DNA of 64,000 nucleotides from an uncultured SAR86 cluster bacterium. Its GTDB lineage: Bacteria; Pseudomonadota; Gammaproteobacteria; Magnimaribacterales; D2472. The DNA lies in the NCBI GenBank assembly GCA_902596165.1, contig CACJSU010000002.1:23245-87244 (forward strand), given 5' to 3'. The number at the start of each line of letters is the position of its first letter. The first letter of the stretch is position 1. This document shows positions 48,256 to 57,942 of the stretch, one piece after another. A program made the translations under genes and the position numbers. The notes under the pieces are model-generated. The model ran no database searches. It worked only from the letters and a program-made list of their open reading frames with translations, and had not been told where the DNA came from.

Positions 48256-49212
48256 TCATAATGCAGTGGCTGCTTTACTTAATGGAACTGATACTTTTGA
48301 TGGCTCAACGACTTCAGAGCATGATGTGCAAATCGTTTTAATAGACAAATCTTTTCCACATGGCACATGGATTAAAGAGATAGGATTATTCTTTGAATTT
48401 AACATCCATTTATTTGCCCAAAAGTGAAGATGTATAGCAGTTAAATACCCGCTTCTTCCCTTTTTTGTAAGCCTATATTCATATCTTGCTGGCTTGTGCT
48501 GGTAAATTCTTTTCTCTATTACGCCTGCATCAAGGAATTTTTTTAGTCTATTTGCAAGTATATTTGTTGAAATCTCTAAAGCCTCATTAAATTCATCAAA
48601 CCTTCTTAAACCATAAAGTAGTCCTGCATAAACTAAACCAGTCCATCTATCGCCTAACAAATCCTCAATTTGAAAAATATTGTTACTTATGTTGTTAGAC
48701 GAATTTTCACTTCTTCGTGCTTTGAAAGATGTTAATTTAGAAAATTTTAGATTTTCTTTAATTTGAAACTGAACATCACTGATCTTGATGGTTTTATTAC
48801 AATGCTGGCAATTACTAGAGAGATTTAAGTAATTTCCGCACGAAGTATGAATAAGCTCTTCAGGAACATCGGAATTTTCAGTCCAATGATTATTCCATTC
48901 CCATAAATAGGATGCAATAGGATAGGTATCAAGACCTTTTTCAGTCAATTTGTATTCATATCTTCTAGGGCCTGACTGATAAATATCTTTATAGATAATT
49001 CCATGATCCAGGAGAAATTTTAATCTTGAAGAAAGCGTTCCCCTTGATACGCCTGTGCCTGAAATGAAATCTTCAAATTTTCTTTTTCCAAGCCAAATTG
49101 ATTTTAAAATTAGCAGCGTTGATTTATCGCCTAAAATTTGAAGCGCATATTCAACAGGACTATTAAGAATAGCATTACCAATAAATTTAGCATTTAATCT
49201 TTTATTAACCAT
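48256..49212 (-). CDS. Tandem HxlR-family winged-helix regulator
   Basis: Two repeats: LGDKSTLLIL..RYEYKLTEKG and LGDRWT..RYEYRLTKKG, each followed by H..CG..CxxC. Confidence 0.88.
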   Translation of the reverse strand: MVNKRLNAKFIGNAILNSPVEYALQILGDKSTLLILKSIWLGKRKFEDFISGTGVSRGTLSSRLKFLLDHGIIYKDIYQSGPRRYEYKLTEKGLDTYPIASYLWEWNNHWTENSDVPEELIHTSCGNYLNLSSNCQHCNKTIKISDVQFQIKENLKFSKLTSFKARRSENSSNNISNNIFQIEDLLGDRWTGLVYAGLLYGLRRFDEFNEALEISTNILANRLKKFLDAGVIEKRIYQHKPARYEYRLTKKGRSGYLTAIHLHFWANKWMLNSKNNPISLIHVPCGKDLSIKTICTSCSEVVEPSKVSVPLSKAATAL

Positions 49213-49214
49213 TA

Positions 49215-49997
49215 CTATGAAAATATCCTTGGGATTATTGAATTAGATGACTTAATATATTCGCTATAACCATTATAATTTTGACTCATCCTTTTATCCA
49301 TTGTCTTTACACCTGTTACATTAATAATTAGGTAGGAAAAAAGAATCGGGCCAATAATAGAAATTAAGGTTAGAGAGTTTACTATAGAAAATATATAGAT
49401 TCCCCACCAAAACATAATTTCTCCAAAATAATTTGGGTGCCTGCTCAGTGACCATAAACCGCTTTGAAGAAAAGTTTTCTGATTAACTTCATTTCTCTTG
49501 AATTTATTTAGTTGGATGTCTGCAACACATTCCCAAAAGAAACCTACAGAAATTATGATTAAACCAATAATATTAAAAATATTTAAGCTCGAAGTTGTGC
49601 TTGTAAAAAGTAAAAATTGAACAGGTAAGGTGACAAGCCATATAACTATCCCCTGTTTGATGAAAACCTGCCATAAAGCAAAAATATTAAAACTTAATCC
49701 TGGTTTTTTCCATTCGCGTAATTTGGTATACCTTGAATCTTCTCCATGACCAAGCTTTCTCTGAAGCATTAAAAGAGTTAATCGAACCGTCCAGATAAAA
49801 ATTATTACAAAGATAATGTATTTAAATATAGATGCAGCTGGTGATAAATATATAGATAGAAAAGTAATAACAAATATAATTGGCGCAAATGCAGTATCAA
49901 TAATACTGACATCTTTGATAATCATTGAAATTATCCACAATGAAAGAACAATAATGCTTGTTATAAGCGCAGTTTGAAACAAAAAATAAATCAGCAT
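49215..49997 (-). CDS. DUF1295 / steroid 5-alpha-reductase-like membrane protein (second copy)
   Basis: DVSIID, GEDSRY, ADIQL, GLWSLSRHPNYFGE. Confidence 0.85.
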   Translation of the reverse strand: MLIYFLFQTALITSIIVLSLWIISMIIKDVSIIDTAFAPIIFVITFLSIYLSPAASIFKYIIFVIIFIWTVRLTLLMLQRKLGHGEDSRYTKLREWKKPGLSFNIFALWQVFIKQGIVIWLVTLPVQFLLFTSTTSSLNIFNIIGLIIISVGFFWECVADIQLNKFKRNEVNQKTFLQSGLWSLSRHPNYFGEIMFWWGIYIFSIVNSLTLISIIGPILFSYLIINVTGVKTMDKRMSQNYNGYSEYIKSSNSIIPRIFS

Positions 49998-50079
49998 GTT
50001 TCTCTTAAAGTTTAATTGTGCAAGTTATATAATATTGTATAATTTCATCCTTTAAAAATCATCTTTCATTTATAAATTC

Positions 50080-50985
50080 ATGGGTAAATTAGACATTTTA
50101 AATAAATTGAGATTACCAGTCATAGTGGCTCCGATGTTTCTAGTGTCAGGACCAGAATTAGTTATTGCGAGTTGCAAATCAGGTCTAATTGGATCATTTC
50201 CTGGCCCAAATGCAAGAACAATTGAGGATCTAGAAAGCTGGATGAACCAAATTGTAAAAAATCTTAATGGAGAGACCTGGGCATACAATATGATTGCTCA
50301 TAAAACTTATGACAGATTCGATGATGAATTAAAATTAATTTCTCAATTTAAACCTCCATTAGTAATTACAGCGCTAGGAAGTCCAGCAAGAGTTTTGGAA
50401 ACTGTTCACTCGTATGGAGGAATTGTAATTGCTGATGTTAATTCAGTTGAGTATGCAAAAAAATGTGCTGATTATGGAGCAGATGGACTTGCTTTGGTTA
50501 CTTTTGGTGCAGGCGGTCATACAGGAACATTATCACCATTTGTTTTTACATCACACGTAAGAGAGTTTTTTGATGGACTTATTGTTTTGGCTGGTGGAAT
50601 CTCAAATGGTAAGCACATCAAAGCTGCTCAGCATCTTGATGTTGATTTATGTTACATGGGTACAAAATTTATAGCAGCAAAGGAAAGCATGGCTGTTGAT
50701 GAGTATAAATCCATGGTTACAAACTCAACAAGCACTGACTTAAGACTTACAAATTTATTTACAGGTGCAAATGCTTATTATTTAAAAGATAGCATTATTA
50801 ATAATGGACTTGATCCTGATAATTTAGAGACAAATGATAAAGGTTTTAATATTTCAGGATCTCAAGAAAAGATTAACGCATGGAAGGATATTTGGTCAGC
50901 AGGTCAAGGTGTTGGGTTTTCAAACCAAATTGAATCAACTGAAGAAATTACATTAAAATTGGAAAAAGAATGGAATGATGCATAA
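50080..50985 (+). CDS. Nitronate monooxygenase / FabK-like flavoprotein
   Basis: LPVIVAPMFLVSGP, GAGGHTG, LAGGISNG, MGTKFIA, WKDIWSAGQG. Confidence 0.87.
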   Translation: MGKLDILNKLRLPVIVAPMFLVSGPELVIASCKSGLIGSFPGPNARTIEDLESWMNQIVKNLNGETWAYNMIAHKTYDRFDDELKLISQFKPPLVITALGSPARVLETVHSYGGIVIADVNSVEYAKKCADYGADGLALVTFGAGGHTGTLSPFVFTSHVREFFDGLIVLAGGISNGKHIKAAQHLDVDLCYMGTKFIAAKESMAVDEYKSMVTNSTSTDLRLTNLFTGANAYYLKDSIINNGLDPDNLETNDKGFNISGSQEKINAWKDIWSAGQGVGFSNQIESTEEITLKLEKEWNDA

Positions 50986-50993
50986 TTATTTTC

Positions 50994-52448
50994 ATGAAAG
51001 TTAAAAAACTAAATACAGTTCAATCAAGTCTAAAAAATAAAGACCATCCATACATGAAAGGAGCATGGGAGCCTTTTTATGATGAGTTTGAAGTCTTAAA
51101 TCTAGATTCAATTGGCTCTATCCCCAAAGACTTTGATGGAGTCTATTTGAGGAATACTGAAAATCAAATCCATGAGCCTATAGGAAGATTTCATCCCTTT
51201 GATGGAGATGGTTTATTGCACTCTATTGTTTTTCAAAATGGAAAAGCAGATTACAGAAATAAGTTTGTCCGCACTGAAGGGTTTCAAATAGAGCAAAAAT
51301 TCAATTCTTCAAAATGGGCGGGATTAATGGAACGTCCTGGAACATCTATATTACCTGGTTGGGGAGCTCAAGGCTGTCTTAAAGATACATCTTCAACAGA
51401 TGTAGTTGTCCATGCTGGAAAAGCTTTAACTACCTTTTATCAATGTGGAGATGGTTATAATTGTGATCCTATAACTTTAGATTCTGCTGGAAAGGTATCA
51501 TGGGCACCTATAGAAGGTGTTTCAGCTCATACTAAAGTTGATCTTCGTACTGGAGAACTACTGTTTTTTAATTATTCAAAACAGGCGCCCTATATGCACT
51601 ACGGCGTTGTAGGTTCTGATAATAAACTTAAACATTACACACCGATACCACTTCCAGGGCCTAGACTGCCTCATGATATGGCATTCACTGAAAATTTTTC
51701 TATTCTCAATGATCTTCCATTATTTTGGGATTCAGAAATGCTTAAACGAGGCATACATGCAACAAAACTACACGATCTTCCATCAAGATTTGCAATAATT
51801 CCACGTTACGGCTCAGCTGACGAAATTAAATGGTTTGAAGCGAGTCCTACATATTGCCTTCATTGGAATAATGCATATGAGAATGGTGATGAAATTATTT
51901 TAGAGGGATATTTTCAAGAAAATCCTGAGCCAGGTAATTATGATGGAGCGCCTAAGGGATTAGAAAGAATGATGGCATTTTTAGATAATCATTTACTGCA
52001 ACCTAAACTTCATAGATGGAGATTCAATCTTGCAACTGGAAAAACAATTGAAGAACGATTGGATGATAAAGTTCTAGAATTTGGAGCAATTAACCAAAGA
52101 TATGCATGCAAAAAACACAGATACACATATAGCATGATGCCTACTAAAGGTTGGTTTACTTTTGATGGCATTTGCAAACATGATCATAAGACTAACAATG
52201 ATGATATATATAAATTTGGAGATGGCATTTTTGGTAGTGAAGTTTGTTTTGCACCTAGACATAACTCGATAAATGAAGATGATGGATACTTAATTTCAAT
52301 TATTACAAACGTAAATGAAAAAATATCAGCTTGTTTGATTTTCGATGCAACAAATATAACTGCAGGCCCAATTTCTACCCTAGAATTACCCCATCAAGTT
52401 TGCTCAGGCACTCATGCTACATGGGCCCAAATGAATGAAATTTTTTAA
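50994..52448 (+). CDS. Carotenoid oxygenase family (RPE65/CCD; Rv0913c-like)
   Basis: HPFDGDG and four Fe-ligand His (SAH, PHDM, LHW, GTH); EDDGYL. Confidence 0.92.
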   Translation: MKVKKLNTVQSSLKNKDHPYMKGAWEPFYDEFEVLNLDSIGSIPKDFDGVYLRNTENQIHEPIGRFHPFDGDGLLHSIVFQNGKADYRNKFVRTEGFQIEQKFNSSKWAGLMERPGTSILPGWGAQGCLKDTSSTDVVVHAGKALTTFYQCGDGYNCDPITLDSAGKVSWAPIEGVSAHTKVDLRTGELLFFNYSKQAPYMHYGVVGSDNKLKHYTPIPLPGPRLPHDMAFTENFSILNDLPLFWDSEMLKRGIHATKLHDLPSRFAIIPRYGSADEIKWFEASPTYCLHWNNAYENGDEIILEGYFQENPEPGNYDGAPKGLERMMAFLDNHLLQPKLHRWRFNLATGKTIEERLDDKVLEFGAINQRYACKKHRYTYSMMPTKGWFTFDGICKHDHKTNNDDIYKFGDGIFGSEVCFAPRHNSINEDDGYLISIITNVNEKISACLIFDATNITAGPISTLELPHQVCSGTHATWAQMNEIF

Positions 52449-52451
52449 AAA

Positions 52452-53651
52452 TTGAGCCCTGTATACATACTTGAATCGATTAGAACGCCTAGAGGAAAAG
52501 CTAAAGAATCTGGAGGCTTGCATGAATTATCTCCATATGAACTATTAGATTCTTTATATAATTATATTTCAGAAAACGAGTATGTTGATTTTAATAAAAT
52601 AGATGATGTAATTCTTGGTTGTGTAACTCAACAAGGTGAACAAGCGGGAAATATTGCCAAGTCATCAGCTCTCTTTTCAGGTTTACCAGATAAAGTAAAT
52701 GGGATAACTTTAAACAGATTTTGCTCTTCAAGTTTAGATGCAATCAATTTTGGATATCTTAAAATTCTTTCCGGTCAAAGTAATTTAGTTTTTTCTGGTG
52801 GAATTGAAATGATGTCAAGAGTTCCAATGTTATCTGATGAAGCTTCAATTTGGATTGATCCCAAAATAGCACATAAATCAAAAATTTTTATGATGGGTAG
52901 TGGAGCAGATCTTATCGCATCTTTAAATAATATTTCACGTGAAGAAGCTGACAAACTTGCATATAGTAGTCAACAAAAAGCATATTTTGCCAAAACTAAT
53001 AATTATTTTAAATCAGTAATACCAGTCAAAAACCCATATAAGGATTTGATTTGTAAAGAAGATGAATGTATTAGACATGAAACTACCATTGATGATTTAA
53101 GTTTATTAGATCCTAGCTTTGATGAGTTAGGAAAAAGAGGTGTTGATGAGCTTCAATTAAAACTTTTTCCAGAATTAAAACAAATCAACCACATTCACAC
53201 AGCTGGCAATTCTCCTGCAATGGCTGATGCTGCCAGTATCACTATTTTATCTAATTCTAAACACTCAGATTCAGATAAATATAAATATAGAGCTACTATA
53301 AAAGCAGTAGCAACGGTAAATGATGACCCTGCATTTGTATTATCAGGTTGTCTTGCTGCTACAAAACAAATTCTTAACGATATGAAATTAACCGTAAATG
53401 ACATTGACATGTTTGAAATTCATGAAGCCTTCGCATCTACAATCATTCATACTCAAAGGGTTCTTGAAATCCCTCAAGACAAGTTAAATGTTAATGGGGG
53501 TTGTATTGCATTAGGTCATCCAATGGGTGCAACGGGCTCAATTATGATGTCTACCCTATTAGATGAAATGGAGAGACAGAATCTTTCTCTTGGCATTGTA
53601 TCTACTAGCGGCGCTGCTGGTGCTGGAACAGCTATTCTGATTGAACGATAA
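52452..53651 (+). CDS. Acetyl-CoA C-acyltransferase (thiolase), atypical C-terminus
   Basis: RTPRGK, NRFCSSS, HEAFA, GHPMGATG; TTG start. Confidence 0.87.
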   Translation: MSPVYILESIRTPRGKAKESGGLHELSPYELLDSLYNYISENEYVDFNKIDDVILGCVTQQGEQAGNIAKSSALFSGLPDKVNGITLNRFCSSSLDAINFGYLKILSGQSNLVFSGGIEMMSRVPMLSDEASIWIDPKIAHKSKIFMMGSGADLIASLNNISREEADKLAYSSQQKAYFAKTNNYFKSVIPVKNPYKDLICKEDECIRHETTIDDLSLLDPSFDELGKRGVDELQLKLFPELKQINHIHTAGNSPAMADAASITILSNSKHSDSDKYKYRATIKAVATVNDDPAFVLSGCLAATKQILNDMKLTVNDIDMFEIHEAFASTIIHTQRVLEIPQDKLNVNGGCIALGHPMGATGSIMMSTLLDEMERQNLSLGIVSTSGAAGAGTAILIER

Positions 53652-53723
53652 AAATTCAGAGACTTGCTCAACTAAACTTACTGATATATATTTAATTCAA
53701 AGTAAGTTATTGGAGAAATATCA

Positions 53724-54167
53724 ATGAATGATAAAACATTAGAAGTTGTTCAAACTATGTTTGCTGCATGGGAAAGTCTTGATATGGAGGCTGTATTGCA
53801 AAACTGGCATGAAGATGGATATCTATGGAGCATGATGAATACTGAAAAAACACAAGGTCATGAAAAACTTAGAGAACACTTAAATAGGTTAATGTCCACA
53901 TGTACAAGGCTTAACATAGAAGTTCAAAATTATGTTGTAAATGGTGATACCTATATGTGTGAATGTATAGATGATTTCGATACTGAGACTGGAGGTCATG
54001 GTTATATCCCTACTGCAAGAGTGATGACTGTGAGAGATGGCAAAGTAGATCAGTGGAGAGATTATTATAATCGAGCTACATTAATGGCTGCTATGGGGGT
54101 TGAAGAATTTGATCCAAAACAAGGGAAAAAACTAATGCCAGAGGATAAAAAATTCTTCGTCTTATAA
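53724..54167 (+). CDS. Limonene-epoxide-hydrolase-like NTF2 protein
   Basis: E.ID and DGKVDQWRDYY; GGAG RBS; candidate promoter TTGCTC-17-TATATT. Confidence 0.72.
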   Translation: MNDKTLEVVQTMFAAWESLDMEAVLQNWHEDGYLWSMMNTEKTQGHEKLREHLNRLMSTCTRLNIEVQNYVVNGDTYMCECIDDFDTETGGHGYIPTARVMTVRDGKVDQWRDYYNRATLMAAMGVEEFDPKQGKKLMPEDKKFFVL

Positions 54168-54168
54168 A

Positions 54169-55338
54169 GTGTCAAACTTATTTGATCCGATAAGCATAAG
54201 ATCAATTAATTTTCGAAATAGAATTGGAGTCTCGCCAATGGTTCAGACTTCATCTTATGATGGGTTTGCAAATAATTGGCATCTCGTTCATTTAGGCTCA
54301 AGGGCCGTTGGTGGGGCTGGGCTTGTAATGACTGAAGCAACAGCTGTTGAAAAAAAAGGAAGGATCTCCCTCAATGATCTTGGGATATGGAAAGATGCCC
54401 ATATTCCAAAATTACTAGAGATTAGCTCATTTATTAAAAATCAAGGTTCCGTACCTGGAATACAATTAGCTCATGCTGGAAGAAAAGCTAGCTACTCATC
54501 TCCTCTAGATAAACAAGGACTTAGAGCCTATGCTCCTCTTGAAAAATCCAAAGGTGGCTGGGAAACTCTAGGACCAAGCCCTATACCTTTTGAAGATGGA
54601 GGCAATCAACCCAAATTAATGACAAAAAATGACATTAAGAAAGTTATCAATTCGTTCACAAAAGCAGCGTCAAGAGCTGATAAAGCTGGATTTGAATTAG
54701 TTGAAATTCATGCTGCCCATGGCTATCTTTTGCACCAATTTTATAGTCCAATCTCAAACATAAGAACAGATGCATATGGCAATGATTTCAATGGAAGAAT
54801 TCAGTTAACATTAGAAGTGGCCAAGTGTGTCAGAAAAGTTTGGCCATCTAACAAAGTACTATGCTTTAGAATTTCATTCACTGATTGGATAGATGGCGGA
54901 TGGGTTTTAGAAGACTCAATTGAACTTTGTAAAAAGTTAAAAAAAATAGGTGTTGATATAATTGATGTAAGTTCTGGTGGAACTTCCTCAAAGACTGTTG
55001 CTATTGCAAAAGAATTGATTGAAGACAGAGACAATGTTGAAATAAAAAGCGTCATTCCTCTTGAACCAGGATACCAAGTTCATGCAGCTGAATTAATTAA
55101 ACAAAAAGCAAAAATTAAGACAGCATCAGTTGGCTTAATAACAGATCCACAGCATGCACAAAATATTGTATCTTCCAAAAAATCTGATTTCGTTTTTCTA
55201 GGAAGAGAGCTGCTAAGAGACCCATATTGGCCTATAAAAGCAGCGCAAACACTCAATCAAGCAAAAAACTTATCAATACCTGGACAATATTATCTTGGCT
55301 GGAGAGATTTACTTGGTGTTAAATATAGAGGAATTTAG
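54169..55338 (+). CDS. Old Yellow Enzyme, YqjM/NamA-like NADH:flavin oxidoreductase
   Basis: HLGSRAVGGAGL, QLAHAGRKAS, HAAHGYLLHQF, GRELLRDPYWP. Confidence 0.92.
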   Translation: MSNLFDPISIRSINFRNRIGVSPMVQTSSYDGFANNWHLVHLGSRAVGGAGLVMTEATAVEKKGRISLNDLGIWKDAHIPKLLEISSFIKNQGSVPGIQLAHAGRKASYSSPLDKQGLRAYAPLEKSKGGWETLGPSPIPFEDGGNQPKLMTKNDIKKVINSFTKAASRADKAGFELVEIHAAHGYLLHQFYSPISNIRTDAYGNDFNGRIQLTLEVAKCVRKVWPSNKVLCFRISFTDWIDGGWVLEDSIELCKKLKKIGVDIIDVSSGGTSSKTVAIAKELIEDRDNVEIKSVIPLEPGYQVHAAELIKQKAKIKTASVGLITDPQHAQNIVSSKKSDFVFLGRELLRDPYWPIKAAQTLNQAKNLSIPGQYYLGWRDLLGVKYRGI

Positions 55339-56207
55339 TTTTCTAATGCTTCAAAGCTCTCACTTGCATCTTCTCGAGTGACCACTTCTTCCAGGCTCAT
55401 CAACGATTGCAAGTTATTATCAATTTCAACGTCAGAAATTTGATTTAATGCGGAGAGGTCAATTCCAGTATTCTCTATCATTTTTGCAATTTTAAATTGC
55501 CCTCCTCCAGCTATAAAAATATTTCCAGAAATTCTTTGTGACTCAAGTAAAAATTTTACAATCGGAGTAACTTTATCAGTTGTGAACTGTTGCTTTTGAG
55601 ATGTTGTTAAGAAATTCTTGGTCATGTTAGTGAAAGCAAATGGAGATAAAACATTAATATTTAAATTCTTTGTTTTTGCTTCTAAATGCAATGAATGTGC
55701 TAATCCAATAAGCCCTGCTTTAGATGATGAGTATGCCGGCATACCATGTTGGCCGAACAGTCCTGCGCCTGAGGTAGTAAATAAAATACTCCCAAAATCA
55801 TTCTCATACATGTGCTGAAAGCATGCATGGGAAACATTTACAGCCCCAGTAAAATTAATAGAAATTATTTCATTAAAATCTTGTAATGTTGTTTGATGAA
55901 ATGTTTTGCCTTCTGCGACTCCTGCATTATTTATCAAATAATCAAAAGACCCAAATTCATCTAAGCATTGTTCTAATATCTCCTTGCCGCTATTAGGATC
56001 TTCAATGCTTGAATGATTTGCGGATGCATTACCCCCCATATTTCTAATTTCTTCTACAATTTGTTCGGCAGAGCTTTTCTGGTTCTTATGAATCCTATTA
56101 TTCACAAGAACATTCATGCCGTTAGATGCAAGATATGTAGCATATGCTGCTCCCAGACCCTTACCTGCACCTGTAATAGCAACAGTTCTTTCAACCGGAT
56201 TGTTCAC
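55335..56207 (-). CDS. SDR, MFE-2/hydroxyacyl-CoA dehydrogenase-like
   Basis: TGAGKGLGAAYA, NNAG, TTSGAGLFG, YSSSK. Confidence 0.85.
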   Translation of the reverse strand: MNNPVERTVAITGAGKGLGAAYATYLASNGMNVLVNNRIHKNQKSSAEQIVEEIRNMGGNASANHSSIEDPNSGKEILEQCLDEFGSFDYLINNAGVAEGKTFHQTTLQDFNEIISINFTGAVNVSHACFQHMYENDFGSILFTTSGAGLFGQHGMPAYSSSKAGLIGLAHSLHLEAKTKNLNINVLSPFAFTNMTKNFLTTSQKQQFTTDKVTPIVKFLLESQRISGNIFIAGGGQFKIAKMIENTGIDLSALNQISDVEIDNNLQSLMSLEEVVTREDASESFEALEN

Positions 56208-56211
56208 TAGA

Positions 56212-57942
56212 TTATGCTCTTAAAAGATTTGTTTTTTTATAATCAATCTGATTATTTTTTATCATAACTTTATAAATATTTTTTGCTGCACTTGATGAAA
56301 TTTTTTTATTCATATAGTCATCTAGAACTAGTTCAGGATCTCTTTTTTCAGGGTTTCCAAAACCGCCACTTCCAGTTGTATGTATTTTTATAATGTCTCC
56401 CTTTTTTAGAGGTGTATCAATTTTTCCTGGAAGGGAATATTTTTGTTTCTTGGAGATTATTTGAGTTTTACACAATGGGGCATCATGCCCGCCTTCAATT
56501 CCCCACGGTTTGAATTTCATTCTATCTCTTCTGAAGGATCCGTAACAATCTCCTCCCATCCACTCAACTTCAGCTGTGTATCCTAAACCCCCTCGCCACT
56601 TCCCAGCTCCTCCAGAATCAGTCCATAAGAGACTTTTCTTAAAAAGAATAGGTAATTTTGATTCGCTCACCTCAATTGGAATCGGTGAACCATTCGTTGC
56701 TCCATGCTCAGTTACATCAATTCCATCTTTATTTGATCTTGCACCATGACCTCCAGCATATGGCCCCCCCATGTGACCTTGAATTCTATTTCCGTTAATA
56801 TCGAAACCAACAAAATTTACCATTGTGTATTGTCCGCTATGTGCTGCTGTCATTCTTTGTGGTAATGCCTTAGCCATAACCCCACAAATAACGTCCTCAA
56901 CACGTTTTAATGTAATACCTCTTACAGCTACAGGTGCAGGAAAAGTGCTATTAACTATAGATCCTTTTGGCAATTTAATTTTAATAGGCCTAAAACTGCC
57001 CTCATTATTTGGCACTTTATCACCTGTTAAAGTTCTGACTGCATAATAGACAACTGAATTTGGGCATGATGGAACATTGTTTATAGCAATATCAACTTGA
57101 TTATCTGTTCCATCAAAGTCAAATTCTAAATTTGAGCCTTTAACTTTGAGTGTGACGCAAATCTTTACAGGTTTTGCAGTTGCTTCTAAAGAATCATCAT
57201 CCAAAAAGTCTTCAAAATAATATTCCCCATTTGGAATTTTTTTTATTTCATTTCTTGTCATCCGCTCGGAATAATCTAATAAAGATTCAACACATTTTTG
57301 AACTTTTTTTAAACCGATTTTTGAAATTATTTCTTTATATCTTTTCACTCCTGTCAGACAAGCAGCTATTTGCCCACCAAGATCCCCTTTTAAAGTTTCA
57401 GGCACTCTGCTATTTGCTAGAATTGTATCAAAGAGCGGCTCATTAACTTTTCCATTCTTTACAATGGTTGCCATTGAAAGTATTAGGCCTTCAGCATATA
57501 AATCTTTTGCTGCAAAATTAACGCTTCCTGGAGCAAATCCACCTATATCTGCATGATGAGACATAGTCGCCACGTATCCAATTAATTTACTCTTAAAAAA
57601 AACTGGGGACACAATTGCTAAATCAGGTAAATGAGTTCCTCCGTTATACGGATCATTATGGATATAAACATCACCTTCGTTTGCCTGATGGTTAAAATGA
57701 CTTGCAAATATTCTTCCCAAATCTTGCAAACAACCAAGATGACATGGAACTGCTGTAGCTTGGGCTATTGTTCTACCTTGAGCATCAAATAAAGCAGATG
57801 TTGAATCTCTTCCATCAGTTATTAGTGGTGAGTGAGATACTTTGTATAAGACTTGTTGAACTTCTTCAGCTGCAGCATCTAATAAGCCTCTTACAACCTC
57901 AGTAGTAATTGGATCATCAAAAGACTCTTTATTCTTTTTCAT
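56212..57942 (-). CDS. Hydantoinase B/oxoprolinase family subunit
   Basis: NDPYNGGTHLPD, HHADIGG, DSGGAGKWRGGLG, GGFGNP. Confidence 0.92.
   Translation of the reverse strand: MKKNKESFDDPITTEVVRGLLDAAAEEVQQVLYKVSHSPLITDGRDSTSALFDAQGRTIAQATAVPCHLGCLQDLGRIFASHFNHQANEGDVYIHNDPYNGGTHLPDLAIVSPVFFKSKLIGYVATMSHHADIGGFAPGSVNFAAKDLYAEGLILSMATIVKNGKVNEPLFDTILANSRVPETLKGDLGGQIAACLTGVKRYKEIISKIGLKKVQKCVESLLDYSERMTRNEIKKIPNGEYYFEDFLDDDSLEATAKPVKICVTLKVKGSNLEFDFDGTDNQVDIAINNVPSCPNSVVYYAVRTLTGDKVPNNEGSFRPIKIKLPKGSIVNSTFPAPVAVRGITLKRVEDVICGVMAKALPQRMTAAHSGQYTMVNFVGFDINGNRIQGHMGGPYAGGHGARSNKDGIDVTEHGATNGSPIPIEVSESKLPILFKKSLLWTDSGGAGKWRGGLGYTAEVEWMGGDCYGSFRRDRMKFKPWGIEGGHDAPLCKTQIISKKQKYSLPGKIDTPLKKGDIIKIHTTGSGGFGNPEKRDPELVLDDYMNKKISSSAAKNIYKVMIKNNQIDYKKTNLLRA

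Noticed and set aside
50994-52448. Retinal-forming enzyme for proteorhodopsin
   Set aside because: Proteorhodopsin systems typically use Blh; no rhodopsin or crt genes here and the context is catabolic
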